From positions 3,328,001 through 3,392,000 of the forward strand of contig OZ243938.1 of assembly GCA_965214095.1 (NCBI GenBank): DNA of 64,000 bases, in the 5' to 3' direction. Position 1 is the first letter of the stretch, and each line of letters opens with the position of its first letter. Source of the stretch: Candidatus Poribacteria bacterium (GTDB lineage: Bacteria; Poribacteria; WGA-4E; WGA-3G). Positions 20,653 through 30,812 of the stretch are shown piece by piece. The notes below the pieces were generated by a model. It ran no database searches. It worked only from the letters and a program-made list of their open reading frames with translations, and was not told where the DNA came from. The position numbers and the translations under genes are program-made.

Positions 20653-21099
20653 ATGAAACTCAATGAACTTAAACCTGCCCGTGGTTCAAAGCGGAAACGT
20701 AAACGTATTGGACGCGGCAGCGGCTCAGGGAAAGGTGGCACTGCTGGCCGTGGACACAAAGGTCAAAAATCACGGTCTGGTGCTTCAATCCCCGCTTGGT
20801 TTGAAGGTGGACAGATGCCTTTGGTCAGGCGCGTACCGAAACGCGGTCCACGCAGAATTGCACATAAACGTTTTGAATATGATGTTGTAAATATTAAGAC
20901 ATTAAATCTATTTGAAGATGAACTTGAGATAACTCCTGAACGTTTACGAGAAGCAGGAATCGTCAAACGAAAGAACGCTCTTATAAAAATACTCGGTGAT
21001 GGCGAACTTAGCAAAAAGTTAAAAGTGCGCGCGCATCGTTTTTCTAAAACAGCAATTGAAAAAATTGAAGCGCAAGGCGGCACAGTTGAGGTGATATAA
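20653..21099 (+). CDS. rplO: 50S ribosomal protein L15
   Basis: GRGSGSGKGGTAGRGHKGQKSRSG, FEGGQMPL. Confidence 0.98.
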   Translation: MKLNELKPARGSKRKRKRIGRGSGSGKGGTAGRGHKGQKSRSGASIPAWFEGGQMPLVRRVPKRGPRRIAHKRFEYDVVNIKTLNLFEDELEITPERLREAGIVKRKNALIKILGDGELSKKLKVRAHRFSKTAIEKIEAQGGTVEVI

Positions 21100-22443
21100 G
21101 TGTTCAAGGCTATTCAAAACGCTTTTAAAATACCTGAATTACGTAAACGGATAATTTTTTCTTTACTGTTATTGGTTGTATATAGACTCGGTGCACATAT
21201 AACATTACCCGGAATTGACGATGGGGCACTTGAGATATTCTTTAATCAACTTATGGAACGGACAGGTAATGTCCTTGCGTTGATTAATGTCTTCTCAGGC
21301 GGTGCATTCGGTCAAATGACGATTTTCGCACTCGGAATACAACCCTATATCACCGCGGCGATTATCATGCAGCTGCTACCGATGATCGTCCCATCCTTGG
21401 AAAAACTCTCAAAAGAACCGGATGGACGCAAAAAGATCACACAATATACTCGGTATGGTACCGTTCTCCTCAGTATTGTCCAAGGTATAACAATCACAAT
21501 TCTGTTGAGAAACCCAGAACAACTTATCGGTGGTGGTGCAGGCGTAATCGTTAACAATCCTACTATTTGGTGGCACGCGCTTTCTGTTCTAACACTGACC
21601 GCAGGCACAGCATTCGTGATGTGGCTTGGGGAACAGATTACCGAACGCGGTATCGGACAAGGTATCTCTATTATTATTACCGTCGGTATTATGGCAGGAT
21701 TCCCAAGCGGTGTTGCTACTGTATTTTCCAGATTATTTAGTCCTGAGGCAGGTTTTGAAATTATACATCTTGCGGGATTAATATTACTTATTGTAGTCGC
21801 GGTATCAGGCACAATTTTTATCCATCTGTCTGTCCGAAAGATCCCTATCCAATACGGAAGACAAATACGCGGTGGCAAAGTGTTCGGTGGACGTTCTATG
21901 CATTTTCCACTTCGGGTTAATGCTGCAGGTATGATACCTATTATTTTCGCTGTCTACCTAATGACGTTCCCAGGATTCATTATCGGAATTATGCCACAAG
22001 ATTGGACTTGGGTTGGTACATTGGCAAGTATGATGGATCCAACAAACCCTTCCATCTTCTATCTGGGTATATATGCGTTATTAATCATAGGATTTACATA
22101 CTTCTACACCGCGGTACAAATCAATCCTGTTCAAATTGCTGAAGACTTACAGAAAAACGGGGGGTTTGTTCCAGGACTACGTCCAGGTAAGCAAACGGCA
22201 GATTACTTCAATACAACTTTGACACGAATCACACTTCCCGGGGCATTGTTCCTTGCTGGTATTGCTGTAATTCCTATTGCTATCACCAGTGGACTTGGTG
22301 TCGGTAATATGGTTGATGGTGCATCCATTCTCATTGTTGTTGGTGTTGTACTGGATACTGTTTCGCAAGTCGAATCTTATTTAACAATGCGTCATTATGA
22401 TGGATTCTTAAAAGACAGACGTTTGAAAGGACGTAGAAGATAA
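21100..22443 (+). CDS. secY: Preprotein translocase subunit SecY
   Basis: FSGGA, LGIQPYITA, WLGEQITERGIG, AGMIPIIFA, PGLRPG. Confidence 0.98.
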   Translation: MFKAIQNAFKIPELRKRIIFSLLLLVVYRLGAHITLPGIDDGALEIFFNQLMERTGNVLALINVFSGGAFGQMTIFALGIQPYITAAIIMQLLPMIVPSLEKLSKEPDGRKKITQYTRYGTVLLSIVQGITITILLRNPEQLIGGGAGVIVNNPTIWWHALSVLTLTAGTAFVMWLGEQITERGIGQGISIIITVGIMAGFPSGVATVFSRLFSPEAGFEIIHLAGLILLIVVAVSGTIFIHLSVRKIPIQYGRQIRGGKVFGGRSMHFPLRVNAAGMIPIIFAVYLMTFPGFIIGIMPQDWTWVGTLASMMDPTNPSIFYLGIYALLIIGFTYFYTAVQINPVQIAEDLQKNGGFVPGLRPGKQTADYFNTTLTRITLPGALFLAGIAVIPIAITSGLGVGNMVDGASILIVVGVVLDTVSQVESYLTMRHYDGFLKDRRLKGRRR

Positions 22444-22509
22444 ACGAAGAGTCTGTAAATATTCTTTATAGATGAATCAGTTACGTTGAATGAATGAAAA
22501 GGGAAAATT

Positions 22510-22626
22510 ATGAAAGTCCGAGCATCAGTTAAGAAAATGTGTAACCGCTGTAAAGTAATCAAGAGAAAAGGTATTGTTCGCGTCATTTGTCCTTCAAATC
22601 CGAAGCACAAACAACGTCAAGGATAA
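22510..22626 (+). CDS. rpmJ: 50S ribosomal protein L36 (not in the ORF track)
   Basis: Hand translation [38 protein letters not shown]. Confidence 0.97.
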   Translation: MKVRASVKKMCNRCKVIKRKGIVRVICPSNPKHKQRQG

Positions 22627-22653
22627 TGCCAATCGATATATAAGGAGACAACC

Positions 22654-23049
22654 ATGGCACGTATAGCAGGAGTGGATTTACCGCGTACGAAACGTATTGA
22701 CATTGCACTGACAGCCATCTATGGCATTGGTCGTTATACTGCATCTCAAATTGTCAACGACCTTAGTATTGACCCAGCCAAGAAGGTTGATGCTTTAGCA
22801 GAAAACGAAGTTAGTAGACTCAGAGATAAAATCACTGAAGAATATCAAGTTGAAGGTGACTTACGCCGTGAAGTTGATCAGAACATAAAACGTTTAATGG
22901 ATATTAACAGTTATCGTGGACTCCGTCACAGACGGCAATTGCCTGTGCGAGGACAACGTACAAATACCAATGCACGTACACGCAAAGGTAAAGCACGTAC
23001 AATTTCTGTTGGCAGGAAAGCCAAAGAGGCAGCCCGTAAAGGCGGTTGA
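22654..23049 (+). CDS. rpsM: 30S ribosomal protein S13
   Basis: [23 protein letters not shown]-x-TNARTRKG. Confidence 0.98.
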   Translation: MARIAGVDLPRTKRIDIALTAIYGIGRYTASQIVNDLSIDPAKKVDALAENEVSRLRDKITEEYQVEGDLRREVDQNIKRLMDINSYRGLRHRRQLPVRGQRTNTNARTRKGKARTISVGRKAKEAARKGG

Positions 23050-23149
23050 TATTCAAAGAGTTTTGCAGCAATGGTTTTCTCTTCCTTTACAAGAATACAT
23101 TGCTGCGAACACAACCCCACACTTTATGTCTATATAAAGGAGAAATAGA

Positions 23150-23521
23150 TTGCGTTCACGAAGACGGGAACGAAAAAATGTGCCTGAAGGCATTGCGCAC
23201 ATACAGGCTACGTTCAATAACACAATTGTGACTATCACTGACCTTAATGGTAATACGGTTGCTTGGGCAAGCGCGGGGATGACGTTTCCAGGTTCAAGGA
23301 AATCTACGCCATTTGCTGCACAACAGACAGCAGAATCATGTGCAAGAAAAGCAATGGAACACGGGATGAAACGCGTTGAAGTGAGAGTCAAAGGACCCGG
23401 GTCAGGACGAGAATCCTCTATACGAGCACTCGCCGCTGCCGGTTTAGAAATTACTTTGATGAAGGACATGACACCCATTCCACATAACGGATGTCGTCCA
23501 CCAAAAAAACGAAGGGTGTAA
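23150..23521 (+). CDS. rpsK: 30S ribosomal protein S11
   Basis: [40 protein letters not shown]. Confidence 0.98.
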   Translation: MRSRRRERKNVPEGIAHIQATFNNTIVTITDLNGNTVAWASAGMTFPGSRKSTPFAAQQTAESCARKAMEHGMKRVEVRVKGPGSGRESSIRALAAAGLEITLMKDMTPIPHNGCRPPKKRRV

Positions 23522-23534
23522 ATCAAGGAGACAC

Positions 23535-24167
23535 ATGAGTAGGTATTTAGATTCTGTCTGTAAATTATGTCGACGGGAGGGTGAGAAACTTTTTCTGAAA
23601 GGTCGCAGATGCCTCGGATCAAAATGTTCTTTTGAACGTAGAAGTTATCCACCTGGAGATCATGGTCAAAAGCCGCCATCACGCACTCGCAGCGAATACC
23701 GACGACAGCTACGAACAAAGCAAAAAGCAAAGCGGATCTACGGGGTTTTTGAGAAACAATTCCGCAATTACTATTTTAAAGCTGCACGACAATCGGGTAT
23801 TACCGGCGAGAACCTAATCGCATTCCTAGAACGGCGATTAGACAACGTCGTTTACCGACTCGGTTTTGCCACATCACGAAAACAAGCCAGACAATTAGTG
23901 AAGCACAACCACTTCACTGTCAACGGAAAGCGCGTAAATATCCCCTCATATTTAGTTCAAGTTGGTGATATTATTACACCACGCGAAAAAAGTCGTGATA
24001 GCATCACTATTCAAGAGGCATTAGAATTTTCGAAGCAACGCGGCGCACCAGAATGGCTCGAAATTGATGCTGATAAACCTGAAGGACGCGTTCAGGGCGC
24101 ACCAATCGTTGAACAAATTGCAGCTGAGTTAGACACACAACTTATTATTGAATTGTACTCAAGATAA
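23535..24167 (+). CDS. rpsD: 30S ribosomal protein S4
   Basis: [28 protein letters not shown]-x-H, IIELYSR. Confidence 0.98.
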   Translation: MSRYLDSVCKLCRREGEKLFLKGRRCLGSKCSFERRSYPPGDHGQKPPSRTRSEYRRQLRTKQKAKRIYGVFEKQFRNYYFKAARQSGITGENLIAFLERRLDNVVYRLGFATSRKQARQLVKHNHFTVNGKRVNIPSYLVQVGDIITPREKSRDSITIQEALEFSKQRGAPEWLEIDADKPEGRVQGAPIVEQIAAELDTQLIIELYSR

Positions 24168-24565
24168 CAACATTTTCTCTCTTGATTCTGTTCAGATATG
24201 ACACATTCAGTTGTGTTTATACAATTGGCATATTGGACAGTATGATAGGTAGGCGCGCGTTTTGTCTTCAAGCATCCTGATTGAACAAAACATAGTATAA
24301 TTCGTGCTTACCCACACAAGGAGATATATCACGTTGTCATCTCATAACCTACCTTGTTGGTGTTTCGTTCTCATTGTTGCTTGAGAGACTGCGGTGTTAC
24401 AAAGAGTGGTATTAATAAGTACATAGGCTAAATATAACTTTACAGTTCTTACATCTTACACACTACTAACACTCACAAACATGTGATGGTGTAAATAGTT
24501 CTGTTTTGAGAACTGAACCTGTATGCCTTTCAAAATAAAAAACTTATGCCTATAGGAGGAAATTG

Positions 24566-25555
24566 ATGGATAGTTTGACATTAACAGTGCCAGAACGTTT
24601 GGTAGCCGATACCGAAACTTTACAAAACAATTATGCAAAGTACACCGCTGAACCGCTTGAAAGAGGCTTCGGAACTACATTGGGAAACTCACTACGACGA
24701 GTCCTTCTGTCATCCATTAAAGGGGCTGCCATCACTGCTATTCAAATTGATCAAGTCAAGCATGAATATTCAACTATTCCAGGTATTTTAGAAGATGTTG
24801 TACAAATAATACTTAACCTCAAGGCAATTCGGTTTCGGCTTTTATCAGACGACCCCCTGTTATTGGAACTCAAAGGGGATGGTTCAGGAGAACTTACTGC
24901 TGCTGACATCCGTTCAAATGCTCTGGTTGAGATCATCAACCCTGACCAACATATCGCCACACTTGATAAGTGCCAAGGTATAGATATGGAAATTCAGATT
25001 GAGCCAGGACGTGGATACTCACTCGCTGAGGACCATCGTGACGCAAGTCAACCCATTGGATGGATTCCGATTGACGCAAAATTCTCTCCTGTTGAAAAGG
25101 TAAACTTCTATGTCCAGGAAACACGGGTTGAAGATATGACCAATTTTGATCAACTCAATCTTGAAATCTGGACGGATGGGAGTATTACACCCAAACAGGC
25201 AATTACGCAGGCTGCAGAAACCTTACGCAATCAACTAGACATCTTCACTGATTTTGATGAAAGCTACGTAGAAGAAGTACCCGAGATTGACGAAGCGATG
25301 ATACTCAGAAATAGATATTTGTCTAAACCTGTTGCTGACTTGGAACTCTCAGTGCGAGCTGGCAACTGTCTTGAGACAGCAAATATCAAAACTATCCGTG
25401 AACTTGTTGTTAAGAGTGAAAAAGAAATGTTAGAATACAAGAATTTTGGGAAAACTTCTCTCAATGAAATCAAAGACCAACTTGCTAATATGGGGTTAAC
25501 TCTCGGAATGGATTTGGATGATGACTCTTACATTGACACTGAGGAGGAGAATTAA
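24566..25555 (+). CDS. rpoA: RNA polymerase subunit alpha
   Basis: EPLERGFGTTLGNSLRRVLLSS, IDAKFSPV, LEIWTDG, LSVRAGNCL, NFGKTSL. Confidence 0.98.
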   Translation: MDSLTLTVPERLVADTETLQNNYAKYTAEPLERGFGTTLGNSLRRVLLSSIKGAAITAIQIDQVKHEYSTIPGILEDVVQIILNLKAIRFRLLSDDPLLLELKGDGSGELTAADIRSNALVEIINPDQHIATLDKCQGIDMEIQIEPGRGYSLAEDHRDASQPIGWIPIDAKFSPVEKVNFYVQETRVEDMTNFDQLNLEIWTDGSITPKQAITQAAETLRNQLDIFTDFDESYVEEVPEIDEAMILRNRYLSKPVADLELSVRAGNCLETANIKTIRELVVKSEKEMLEYKNFGKTSLNEIKDQLANMGLTLGMDLDDDSYIDTEEEN

Positions 25556-25957
25556 ATGCGACACAGAAAACGTGGCAGGAAATTAGGGCGTACCACAAGC
25601 CACAGGAATGCACTTTTTCGCAACCAAGCCACCGCGCTTTTTGAACATGAGCAAATCCGAAGTACTTTGCACAAATGCAAAGAACTCCGGCGGGTTGCGG
25701 AAAAACTGATTACGCTCGCGAAACAAGATACCCTTCAGGCACGACGACGTGCTGCAGGCATGTTATATGGGAGCAAATTACATTATAAACCGCGCCGTGG
25801 TGAATCAGGTAACTTACAAAAACAAGCTATACTTCAGAAACTATTTGAGGATATAGCACCTCGATACCAAGATCGGAATGGTGGGTATACACGTATAATT
25901 CGTGGTGAATTGAGACGCGGTGATGGTGCCCAGATGGCATACATTCAACTTGTTTAA
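25556..25957 (+). CDS. rplQ: 50S ribosomal protein L17
   Basis: MRHR, KLGRT-x-SHR, EKLITLAK, RNGGYTRI, RRGDGA. Confidence 0.97.
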   Translation: MRHRKRGRKLGRTTSHRNALFRNQATALFEHEQIRSTLHKCKELRRVAEKLITLAKQDTLQARRRAAGMLYGSKLHYKPRRGESGNLQKQAILQKLFEDIAPRYQDRNGGYTRIIRGELRRGDGAQMAYIQLV

Positions 25958-25992
25958 CTATTAATGCAGTTTCCAAACCATATTATATTAGA

Positions 25993-26031
25993 AACAATGA
26001 AGGGTGGAGTTTAACTCCACCCTTCATTGTT
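25993..26031. terminator. Long hairpin ending the ribosomal operon (likely bidirectional terminator)
   Basis: aacaatgaagggtggagt-tta-actccacccttcattgtt between convergent genes. Confidence 0.85.
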
Positions 26032-26034
26032 TAA

Positions 26035-26169
26035 TATTGAAATGTAAAAATACGTGCACATTCCCCGGTAGATGCGGTTTCCTAACCGCATCTATGAGAC
26101 TGAACAAACACCGGTTCGGTTATGAAACCGAACCTACCGTAGTGTGTAAATAATTATGGTTTTTACTAT
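26035..26169. repeat. MITE-like family A copy (inverted relative to 1286-1420)
   Basis: Same REP doublet and flanks (gtgtgtaaataattatggtttttacta). Confidence 0.85.
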
Positions 26170-27450
26170 TTAAAATCGGTATGCTCCTGATACGAAAAAT
26201 CGGTGAGAATTGCGTTCTGTCATCAACTCAGCTCTTTCTTGCTGCCAATTCCCCCACATATAGGCAAGATCAAATTTCACGGATTCCTCAAAAACCTTCC
26301 CTATACCGAATGTTAGGTAATCACGCTCATTTTCTATCTCAGCATCCGTAAATGGAATTGTATCGCGAAAATAACCTGCCCGAACATAAGAATCGATCAC
26401 AGGTATACGGAATTCAACGCCTATCCTGGCTTGAAGTGTCGTTGTGTAGTATTCTTCAAAAAAGTCGTCAGGAAAGTTCTCTGCTGGTGGTGGGTCATAA
26501 CGTGTTTGCCGCCAATCCGTAAGTTGAACATCTCCCGCCAAAATCAACTGTTCATCCAACAGTTTAATTGCAACACCAGTAGCAATCTCAAAAGGTCTTT
26601 CGATATCAAAACCAATGATACCTTCTCCAACTACAGGTTCACTTTCGCTATTATCATTGTTATATGACTTCTCATATTGATACCAATGTTCGTCAACTGT
26701 CAGTTCAGTTGGTGCGACAAATGTAATACCGAGACTGATAACATCAATAAAATTAGCCAAAATACCTACCCGTCCACCGATTCCTGAGTATTCTCGGTCA
26801 ATTTCATCAATGCCTTTAATTCTGGACAAATCTTCATTAATATTCAACGTATTTGTCGCGGTCACTTCCACATCTTTAAGACTACTCCCATTCCAGAAAT
26901 CTATTGAACCGCCTATCAGAAAGTTTTCAGAGATGTATACACTGCCACCAAAACTCCAAATCCCTATACCGCCTGAGTTCCTGTGGGTTTCATCTAAATA
27001 AAATCCGTTATATCTGCTTAATGAACTCGGGTCAATACCATCAACGTTTGTCTGGAAATCAAAGTTTTGGGCACGATTATAGCCGAATGCTATTGCCAGT
27101 CCTCCCTGTTCGGCATAAAATGGGTAAACGAACCCGATTGAATTTGGACGGAGTTGCGAACGGCTTGTTCCAGTGGGATCATCGTTACCAAAGAATGTGT
27201 CAGTACTTGCAATATTATGAGAAAAACTTGTGAACAATTCAAACTTCTTGATCTGTGCCAGTCCTGCTGGATTCCAATATAATGCGGTGAAATCATCGGC
27301 AATGCCAAGTGTTGCACCACCCATACCCATTGTCCTTGCACCTATACCAAATGTGTTACCGATTGCTATCTCTTCATCTTGTGCTGGACATACGATAGCG
27401 AATAGACTGCTAAGTAGACAGACAAATACCCCCAGAACTACTCGTTTCAT
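26170..27450 (-). CDS. Outer membrane beta-barrel, FadL/OmpP1/TodX-like
   Basis: GARTMGMGGA, ALYWNPAGLA, C-terminal YRF, signal peptide. Confidence 0.8.
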   Translation of the reverse strand: MKRVVLGVFVCLLSSLFAIVCPAQDEEIAIGNTFGIGARTMGMGGATLGIADDFTALYWNPAGLAQIKKFELFTSFSHNIASTDTFFGNDDPTGTSRSQLRPNSIGFVYPFYAEQGGLAIAFGYNRAQNFDFQTNVDGIDPSSLSRYNGFYLDETHRNSGGIGIWSFGGSVYISENFLIGGSIDFWNGSSLKDVEVTATNTLNINEDLSRIKGIDEIDREYSGIGGRVGILANFIDVISLGITFVAPTELTVDEHWYQYEKSYNNDNSESEPVVGEGIIGFDIERPFEIATGVAIKLLDEQLILAGDVQLTDWRQTRYDPPPAENFPDDFFEEYYTTTLQARIGVEFRIPVIDSYVRAGYFRDTIPFTDAEIENERDYLTFGIGKVFEESVKFDLAYMWGNWQQERAELMTERNSHRFFVSGAYRF

Positions 27451-27531
27451 TTCTTTTCTCCTTATTTACTTGTATTTTCTGTATTTATAGTAGATTTTAA
27501 GGTAGACAAATCACTATGCAGGAGTTATTGT

Positions 27532-28062
27532 TTATCTTCGTTTTTCTTGAGAACGTCCTGATAGAGAGTTTCTTGATGTTACGCTACGTGTATACTGTGC
27601 CCGACGTTGACCCTTCAGCACAGTCCTATTTTTGTAAGAGCCACGTTTGTAAGTGCCACGGGAAGTGTGATAAACTCTGCTGCCTTGATATCTTCCGTAA
27701 TATCCACGATATGGATAATAACTTCTGTAAGGATAATATCCATAATAAGGCGTATAATACCCATAGTACCAAGGACGGTAATAAGAGTAAGCGTAAGGTG
27801 GATAATACGAATAATAGTGTGGCGTATATGGCACCCAATAGGAGTCACTTAAGTATGAACGAGAATCGCGGTATGTAGGTTTACGACGACCATAATAACC
27901 TTCTGATGTGTCTGATTCTGTCTTATTTTCAGTTTTTTCTATATGACTGTCTTCTTTTTGCTTTAGGTTTCCCGTTTCGTAATAACTGAGTTTTGTATAA
28001 CAACCTGCAAATATAATCGTTGTTAAAAGAAGTAGCAGTGTAAGGACATATTTGATGTTCAT
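27532..28062 (-). CDS. Tyr/Pro/Arg-rich lipoprotein
   Basis: Lipobox FAGC followed by YT, low-complexity YYPY repeats. Lies upstream of the barrel gene on the same strand. Confidence 0.7.
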   Translation of the reverse strand: MNIKYVLTLLLLLTTIIFAGCYTKLSYYETGNLKQKEDSHIEKTENKTESDTSEGYYGRRKPTYRDSRSYLSDSYWVPYTPHYYSYYPPYAYSYYRPWYYGYYTPYYGYYPYRSYYPYRGYYGRYQGSRVYHTSRGTYKRGSYKNRTVLKGQRRAQYTRSVTSRNSLSGRSQEKRR

Positions 28063-28175
28063 TTATTTCTACCTCCATAGATCCAAGCATGGATGATGGT
28101 TATTATAACATGCCCCATCTAACCTGTCCATACTTTTCACTTGTCCATTCCAGATATAGATGGTAAACTGAAAAC

Positions 28176-29084
28176 ATGAAGAAAGTCTTTATCCAAATTG
28201 GACATGGTATTGTCGGTGCTGCTGTTATATCCTTTCTCTGTATCTGGCAGGCAGGCAGTTTCGGAGAAGCAAGACATACCATCAGCATTATCGGTGCTAT
28301 TGCTATTATCATCGCGAGTCTTTATCTCCTTCGAAGCCGATGGATACGTTGGGGTAGTCGACAGATATGGTTAAAATACCATCAACGTATAGCAGCTCTC
28401 GGTCTGTGTCTTGTGCTGTTCCATTCTGCATTTTATCCACTTGCATGGCATTCGTGGTTAACCTTTCTACTCGCTTTGTCAAATTTAGGCACAGGAATTG
28501 CTGTGAGTCTTACTTCACGAAAAGTGCGTCAAATACTGCTGAAGTGTCATCTCATCCTCGCGCCAATCCTAATAGTTTCTATCGTTTTTCACGGACAAGC
28601 GAAACTTGACCACGATGACTTCTTCCCGCTTACAGATGTACACGACGTGCCTTGTGCCAGATGCCATACTTCTGAACCATTACTTTTTCATTCAGATGCC
28701 ACAGGACAAATTGACTTGGACACATCCGAAACGATTCCAGAGGATCTACATTGGTGGTTTTTGCAGCATGATATAAAAATATCTCAAACTGCTAAAATTT
28801 TCACCAAGCAAATTGGCAATACTTGGCAAATAAAAGATTCTGAAAATCGGCGCAGCTACGATGTGGTGAAAAAGGATGAACAGCTTGCCCTCTACGCAGA
28901 CAATCCATACCGCAGCTATACTTGTATCACCTGTCACGAGCATAACACACCAGAAATCATTTCCGCACATGAACTACATGGCGTAAGCGATTTTCATAAA
29001 TGTCTTGTCTGCCATCAAACTGAAATAAACGGTGTCCTTTACGGTAGACAACGTATCAATTGGGAATATGATCCGAATTGGTAA
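28176..29084 (+). CDS. Membrane protein with several TM helices and three CxxCH haem-c motifs
   Basis: Hydrophobic N-half with His residues (KYHQ, LFHS, KCHL, VFHG). CARCH, CITCH and CLVCH motifs. Confidence 0.75.
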   Translation: MKKVFIQIGHGIVGAAVISFLCIWQAGSFGEARHTISIIGAIAIIIASLYLLRSRWIRWGSRQIWLKYHQRIAALGLCLVLFHSAFYPLAWHSWLTFLLALSNLGTGIAVSLTSRKVRQILLKCHLILAPILIVSIVFHGQAKLDHDDFFPLTDVHDVPCARCHTSEPLLFHSDATGQIDLDTSETIPEDLHWWFLQHDIKISQTAKIFTKQIGNTWQIKDSENRRSYDVVKKDEQLALYADNPYRSYTCITCHEHNTPEIISAHELHGVSDFHKCLVCHQTEINGVLYGRQRINWEYDPNW

Positions 29085-29159
29085 ATTCTTTATAAAAATA
29101 AAATGGCTTGAATTCAGCACTATACTGAACCCAAGCCATAATCAGAATAGACTCTTACG

Positions 29160-29942
29160 CTATAGACGAGACTTGATGTTTCCCCAAGTTGTCGTGAGTT
29201 TACCAGAAGGTTTCACATCCAGAAATCCACCGTCTTTCACCTGATTTATCTCATCTTCCGATAGAGCGCGATTAAACAGATAATACTCGTCCAACAGTCC
29301 TTCATACCAACGATCATTTTTATGCTGTCCGATTCCTGCTGTGACACCCCATTCAGCCGACATTTTTCCGTTTCCTTTGCCTGAATGCGTCTCTTTCCCA
29401 TCAATATAGGTTTTTATATCACCACTATCGCTATCATAAGTTCCGGCAAAGTGAACCCACTTTTTCGCTTCAATCACTGGACCAGGATTAATTTGGAAAA
29501 CAGTTGTATTTGTTTCATCTCGGTGGAAAAACCTAACTCCTCCAGGCCTAATCTCTAAGTGATAGAGTCCACTTTCGTGTCCGTTTCCAATCGCATCAAG
29601 TAGTGTCTGCACGTCTTGTGTGCCAGTATGGTTGACCCAAACAGCAAGTGTGAATCCATCTTCCGGTCCGTTTTGGAATTCCGGACCATTCATATTAATC
29701 CACACCTGGGGTGCTAATGCGATAGCACTACCGCTGATACCTTTCTCCCATTTAGCAGCACCTTCCACCGTTCCATCATTACCGTTCAGTGAACCATCCT
29801 TAACAGTAGCATCTTCTTCATCAAAACTATAGTAAACAGATAAGGTCGGATCTTTTAGATCAGCTTGGGTTGAGAGCACACACGTTCCCAATATTACCGT
29901 AATAGTAAAAGCGAATTGAATAAATCTTATCATTATTGACAT
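29160..29942 (-). CDS. LamG-like jellyroll (concanavalin A-like) secreted protein
   Basis: YYSFDE, DGSLNGNDG, WVHFAGTYD, YEGLLDEYYLFNRALSEDEI, tail VKPSGKLTTTWGNIK. Confidence 0.88.
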   Translation of the reverse strand: MSIMIRFIQFAFTITVILGTCVLSTQADLKDPTLSVYYSFDEEDATVKDGSLNGNDGTVEGAAKWEKGISGSAIALAPQVWINMNGPEFQNGPEDGFTLAVWVNHTGTQDVQTLLDAIGNGHESGLYHLEIRPGGVRFFHRDETNTTVFQINPGPVIEAKKWVHFAGTYDSDSGDIKTYIDGKETHSGKGNGKMSAEWGVTAGIGQHKNDRWYEGLLDEYYLFNRALSEDEINQVKDGGFLDVKPSGKLTTTWGNIKSRL

Positions 29943-30203
29943 ACAATCCTCCTATAAGTTAATTTTAGAATTTAAAATAATTGAATACCCAACGTAATTT
30001 GTAGGTAATCAATGTTCTTATTCACTATTTCATAACCTTTACATGAGTTTCTATGAGATAGGTTATGACTTGAATAACATATCAGATATTTCCTTTTTTC
30101 TCAAGAATATTTCAATAGTGGCAGGGTTATTTAGTTTTAGGATTTTTGTTCAATATGATTCACTAACGTTAAATTTTGTTATGGGTTTGTCCTCCTATTT
30201 GGC

Positions 30204-30357
30204 TGAACCAGGATTTTCAGGATGGACAGATTTCCAGGATTATGGGTTTGGCACTCCAAAGTTCCTATTTCCAGTTTGACGTTTATTCTCTGGATGGCAC
30301 TTTGATGTTTCAGAATCTTATCCGGGAAATCTGTCCATCCTGAAAATCCTGGTTCAG
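30204..30357. repeat. Inverted repeat pair (REP-like family tgaaccaggattttcaggat)
   Basis: tgaaccaggattttcaggatggacagattt and its reverse complement about 120 bp downstream. A partial third copy lies near 36077. Confidence 0.75.
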
Positions 30358-30812
30358 ACAAGAATCAATATATCCAATAAATTCAGTGATGAAACGATTC
30401 AGTGACTTAACAAAAAGTTAACCTAAACAATTACGAACCGCTTTTTGTGAACATAATTAACTTGCCCCTTCATCAAAAATTGTTTGTAATTTATAAAATA
30501 ACATATAAATTGTTTATTGTAAAATTTATTTTTACAAATTATGTGATATATATTAAAGTTTTTATAACGAGTTATGTCTGCTGACACTATGTTATATTGA
30601 TTGCACAACTATTTACGTTCTGCTATGAACATAGTATCCTGCTAAATCATTGCTAAACACTCTTTTGGTATTTAGCAAGACTACAGATCTGAAAACCACA
30701 TCTACGACCCTAGCAATTAGCGCGTGATTCTTTGTTTTAATAAAAACTTAAAGTTAATATAATAATTTTCTTTTGTAATAAATTATTATTTTGTGTTATT
30801 ATATATTTCAAA

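Noticed and set aside
23053-23730. Long antisense ORFs over ribosomal genes (also 10307-10882, 20115-20630, 21345-21878)
   Set aside because: These are shadow frames of highly conserved genes with no independent coding signal.
30400-30812. SOS/LexA box or imuAB cassette upstream of dnaE
   Set aside because: The spacer is AT-rich with only a weak ttgctaaa/tttagcaa inverted repeat. No recognisable LexA motif or imuA/imuB genes.
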